64,000 nucleotides of DNA from Flavipsychrobacter sp. GTDB taxonomy: Bacteria > Bacteroidota > Bacteroidia > Chitinophagales > Chitinophagaceae. Shown in pieces: positions 62,334 to 64,000 of this stretch (position 1 is its first letter; each line of letters opens with the position of its first letter). Under the pieces are notes generated by a model, which saw only the letters and a program-made list of their open reading frames with translations, searched no databases and was not told the origin of the DNA. The stretch spans positions 13,694 through 77,693 of the forward strand of contig JBGAFS010000008.1 in NCBI GenBank assembly GCA_044227125.1. Reading direction: 5' to 3'. Both the position numbers and the translations under genes were made by a program.

Positions 62334-62767
62334 CCATAGAGGGCAGGGTCTGCGGCTATGTTCTGTGCCGCATCGCCCTTGGCCATTGCCAGTTTGCGGG
62401 CGGTCCAGTATTCTTCTGTAGTGTCGGGCTGTTCTCCTTCGGCAAATGTATATATGGCACCCATGCGTATGGCGCAATCTTCATCTACCGGGTAGCGCAG
62501 ACGGTATTTTATATTATTGGCCAGTGTGGCTATATCTGTGCGCAGGGTCTTTATGCTTTTCTCATCGTTGCAGAGCTCCAGCATTTTATCCATCATAGCA
62601 GCCAGCAGGTCTTTGGTGGCACCACCTGCGGCATATATATTTTGCGCACCTGCGGCCACGTAGCGGCTCATGTGGTAACCGTTGGCCATATCGGCGGGCA
62701 TATAAAAACGGGTGTTGTGTACGACAGAATAGAATACTTCTTTGTAGGCAGGATTGTTGACATACAT
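62204..62767 (-). CDS. candidate tail assembly chaperone (G-like, zero-frame product)
   Basis: 187 aa. It is the first same-strand gene upstream of the tape measure gene and contains a T9 slippery run (A9 at 62325-62333 on the plus strand). Confidence 0.4.
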   Translation of the reverse strand: MYVNNPAYKEVFYSVVHNTRFYMPADMANGYHMSRYVAAGAQNIYAAGGATKDLLAAMMDKMLELCNDEKSIKTLRTDIATLANNIKYRLRYPVDEDCAIRMGAIYTFAEGEQPDTTEEYWTARKLAMAKGDAAQNIAADPALYGFFLSTGIPFTPAWSGQLGILSNTNYFSQRNEALNSLQPQPAA

Positions 62768-62839
62768 GGTGTTACAGGTTTATTAATTACAGCAAAATTA
62801 TGTAATTAATACAAAATAAAAAACTTAAAAAATATCAGC

Positions 62840-63265
62840 TTAAGCTACAAGGCGGAAATCTTTGTCGGCATTTTGCATTTCCTGCAGCTCGCGGTCCATA
62901 GCTATGGCATCGTCTACTTCTTCTATACTGTAGGGTACCATTACCATAGCAAGGCCTACCTCGTTGCGTATATACTTTGGCTTGCGGCGCTCGCCGGATA
63001 TTATCTTTTGCAGGAAGGCGCGTTTCTGTTCTATGGGTATGGGTGGCAGGTCGGGCACCTCGCCTTCGGGCAGCACTTCGCGGTACATATAGATGAAGCC
63101 CGCGTTGATGCGCTGCACTATCTCGGGATTATCCATCATGTACTTGATTGCTTCGGGAATGAACGGGGCTAACATATAGGGGAAAGCTTCCCTGCAGGCA
63201 CGTTTCAGATTGCCATGTATCAAAACCTCCCGTATGAATATATCCTCGTGCGAAGAGAATCGCAT
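62840..63265 (-). CDS. small helical protein, weakly terminase-small-subunit-like
   Basis: 141 aa. FIREVLIHGNLKRACREAFP....MMDNPEIVQRINA resembles the HTH N-terminus of Terminase_2-type small subunits. No large subunit follows. Confidence 0.3.
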   Translation of the reverse strand: MRFSSHEDIFIREVLIHGNLKRACREAFPYMLAPFIPEAIKYMMDNPEIVQRINAGFIYMYREVLPEGEVPDLPPIPIEQKRAFLQKIISGERRKPKYIRNEVGLAMVMVPYSIEEVDDAIAMDRELQEMQNADKDFRLVA

Positions 63266-63358
63266 ATTTTCCCTTTATCCTGGTCCGTAACAAATATCCC
63301 CAGTATCGTACAGAGTCAGCAATTATCTTATCAACAAATCCACATTGTGTTTGAAGGG

Positions 63359-64000
63359 TCAGCGACCGTAGGCATACATCAGCACGCATAACACAATGGC
63401 TATAACCAGTATCAGCCATATGCGGTACTTATCCCACATAGCAGCATAGCGTGCACGCTCTGTTTGCCGGTGTATGCGGTGCATGGGCTCGTTATAGCCG
63501 CGCACCAGTTGTGCCAGCCTTGCGGCTACGGGTTCCATATGTTCGTAGCGCAGGTGGCGGGTGGCCTGCAGCAGTTCCTGCACTATAGAGATATTGGTAT
63601 CATCGTCCTGCTCTTTTTGCAGTATGGCCATATGGTCGTCGCTCAGCAGCAGGAATATATAGTCCTGCAATGCGGCATGGCTCATGCGGTAGGTATCTAT
63701 AGTATGCATATGGGCACTCAGCTTGCGGCTTTCGGCCAGTATCCATTGCGGGGTGATGAGCTGTATATCTTTAGCACGGGTACCCATGCCCATCAGCCAG
63801 CGTTCCTCATCGTAGCGTATCCGCTTATCGGGGTTGCCCAGCACATCGTATGCTTCCTGTATCTCGAGAAAGTGTTTTACTGCATATTCATTGCCGGGGT
63901 TGGTATCGGGATGATATTTGAAAGCGAGTGCACGGTATGCCTTCTTAATATCGTCCTGTGCGGATGAGGGTTGTACCTCCAGTGTCTTATAATGGTCTTT
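63359..64000 (-). CDS. J-domain (DnaJ-like) protein with a C-terminal TM anchor; 5' end outside the window
   Basis: The frame stays open to the window edge. Hand translation of 63845-64000 gives [67 protein letters not shown] with the HPD tripeptide. The track 'M' at 63844 is an internal GTG. C-terminal [20 protein letters not shown]. Confidence 0.8.
   Translation of the reverse strand, partial: KDHYKTLEVQPSSAQDDIKKAYRALAFKYHPDTNPGNEYAVKHFLEIQEAYDVLGNPDKRIRYDEERWLMGMGTRAKDIQLITPQWILAESRKLSAHMHTIDTYRMSHAALQDYIFLLLSDDHMAILQKEQDDDTNISIVQELLQATRHLRYEHMEPVAARLAQLVRGYNEPMHRIHRQTERARYAAMWDKYRIWLILVIAIVLCVLMYAYGR

Larger units (their letters stand above)
37563..64000. mobile_element. phage-derived region (prophage or prophage remnant); right end lies beyond the window
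   Basis: About 26 kb of tightly packed minus-strand genes. They include a tape measure protein, a scaffold/capsid-like pair, a portal-like protein, a fibre-like protein and holin/spanin-like small membrane proteins, plus low-GC cargo inserts. No integrase or att site was identified in the window. Confidence 0.75.

Noticed and set aside
62298-62477. The N-terminal 60 aa of track ORF 62028..62477 as a real start (MRHTHGCHIYICRRRTARHYRRILDRPQTG...)
   Set aside because: It is an Arg/Cys/His-rich translation lying entirely inside the better 62204..62767 frame. Only the part downstream of the T9 run looks coding, so I interpret it as a -1 frameshift extension or an internal-start ORF.
37563-64000. 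Terminase large subunit, integrase, prohead protease, endolysin, or reverse transcriptase (DGR) in the phage-like region
   Set aside because: I looked through every ORF over 150 aa and found none of the following: a Walker A (GxxxxGK[ST]) with a nuclease pattern; an R..H..R..Y recombinase C-terminus; a Ser or His protease signature; muramidase or amidase motifs; or YxDD. None of these is called.

Overview
The window looks like a Bacteroidota chromosome, possibly Chitinophagia or Sphingobacteriia. This is an inference from four T9SS C-terminal sorting domains, 'AQ' signal-peptide ends, LytTR/His_kinase two-component pairs, SD-less A/C-rich leaders and an LDH-like mdh. All family names come from motif reading by eye; no searches were run.

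Positions 1-37.5 kb are host DNA. They hold small metabolic genes (VOC protein, SAM methyltransferase, BtuF-like binding protein, cystathionine beta-synthase, mdh). They also hold three paralogous ~180-aa secreted proteins, each behind an identically spaced GTTAAC/TTTG upstream module. Further along are an OM-barrel/YceI/lipoprotein trio and a propeller-sensor kinase with a LytTR regulator next to an island of T9SS cargo (SBBP and LamG proteins). The last host unit is an 8-gene minus-strand operon: TolC, HlyD, FtsX permease, ABC ATPase, LytS-type kinase, LytTR regulator and two exported proteins. It is preceded by a 12-bp direct repeat with 21-bp periodicity.

Positions 37.5-64 kb are a tightly packed, almost entirely minus-strand phage-derived region that runs off the right edge. 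It contains a tape measure protein, a candidate G/GT-type -1 frameshift on a T9 run, Cys-rich tail-tip-like proteins, and a portal-like protein carrying three DnaJ-type CxxCxGxG motifs. It also has a scaffold-like and capsid-like pair, a tail-fibre-like protein with a Sec signal peptide, an AT-rich acyltransferase, and small membrane proteins with holin/spanin-like topology. I recognised no large terminase, integrase, protease or endolysin, and the gene order is non-canonical (tail module upstream of the head module). Low-GC, partly opposite-strand cargo islands interrupt the structural genes.

Other structure worth noting:
- A 2.3-copy tandem repeat of ~247 bp with embedded hairpins.
- A ~30-nt dispersed element shared between host and phage-like intergenic DNA.
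- Intergenic leaders built from 8-, 10- and 14-nt tandem repeats.
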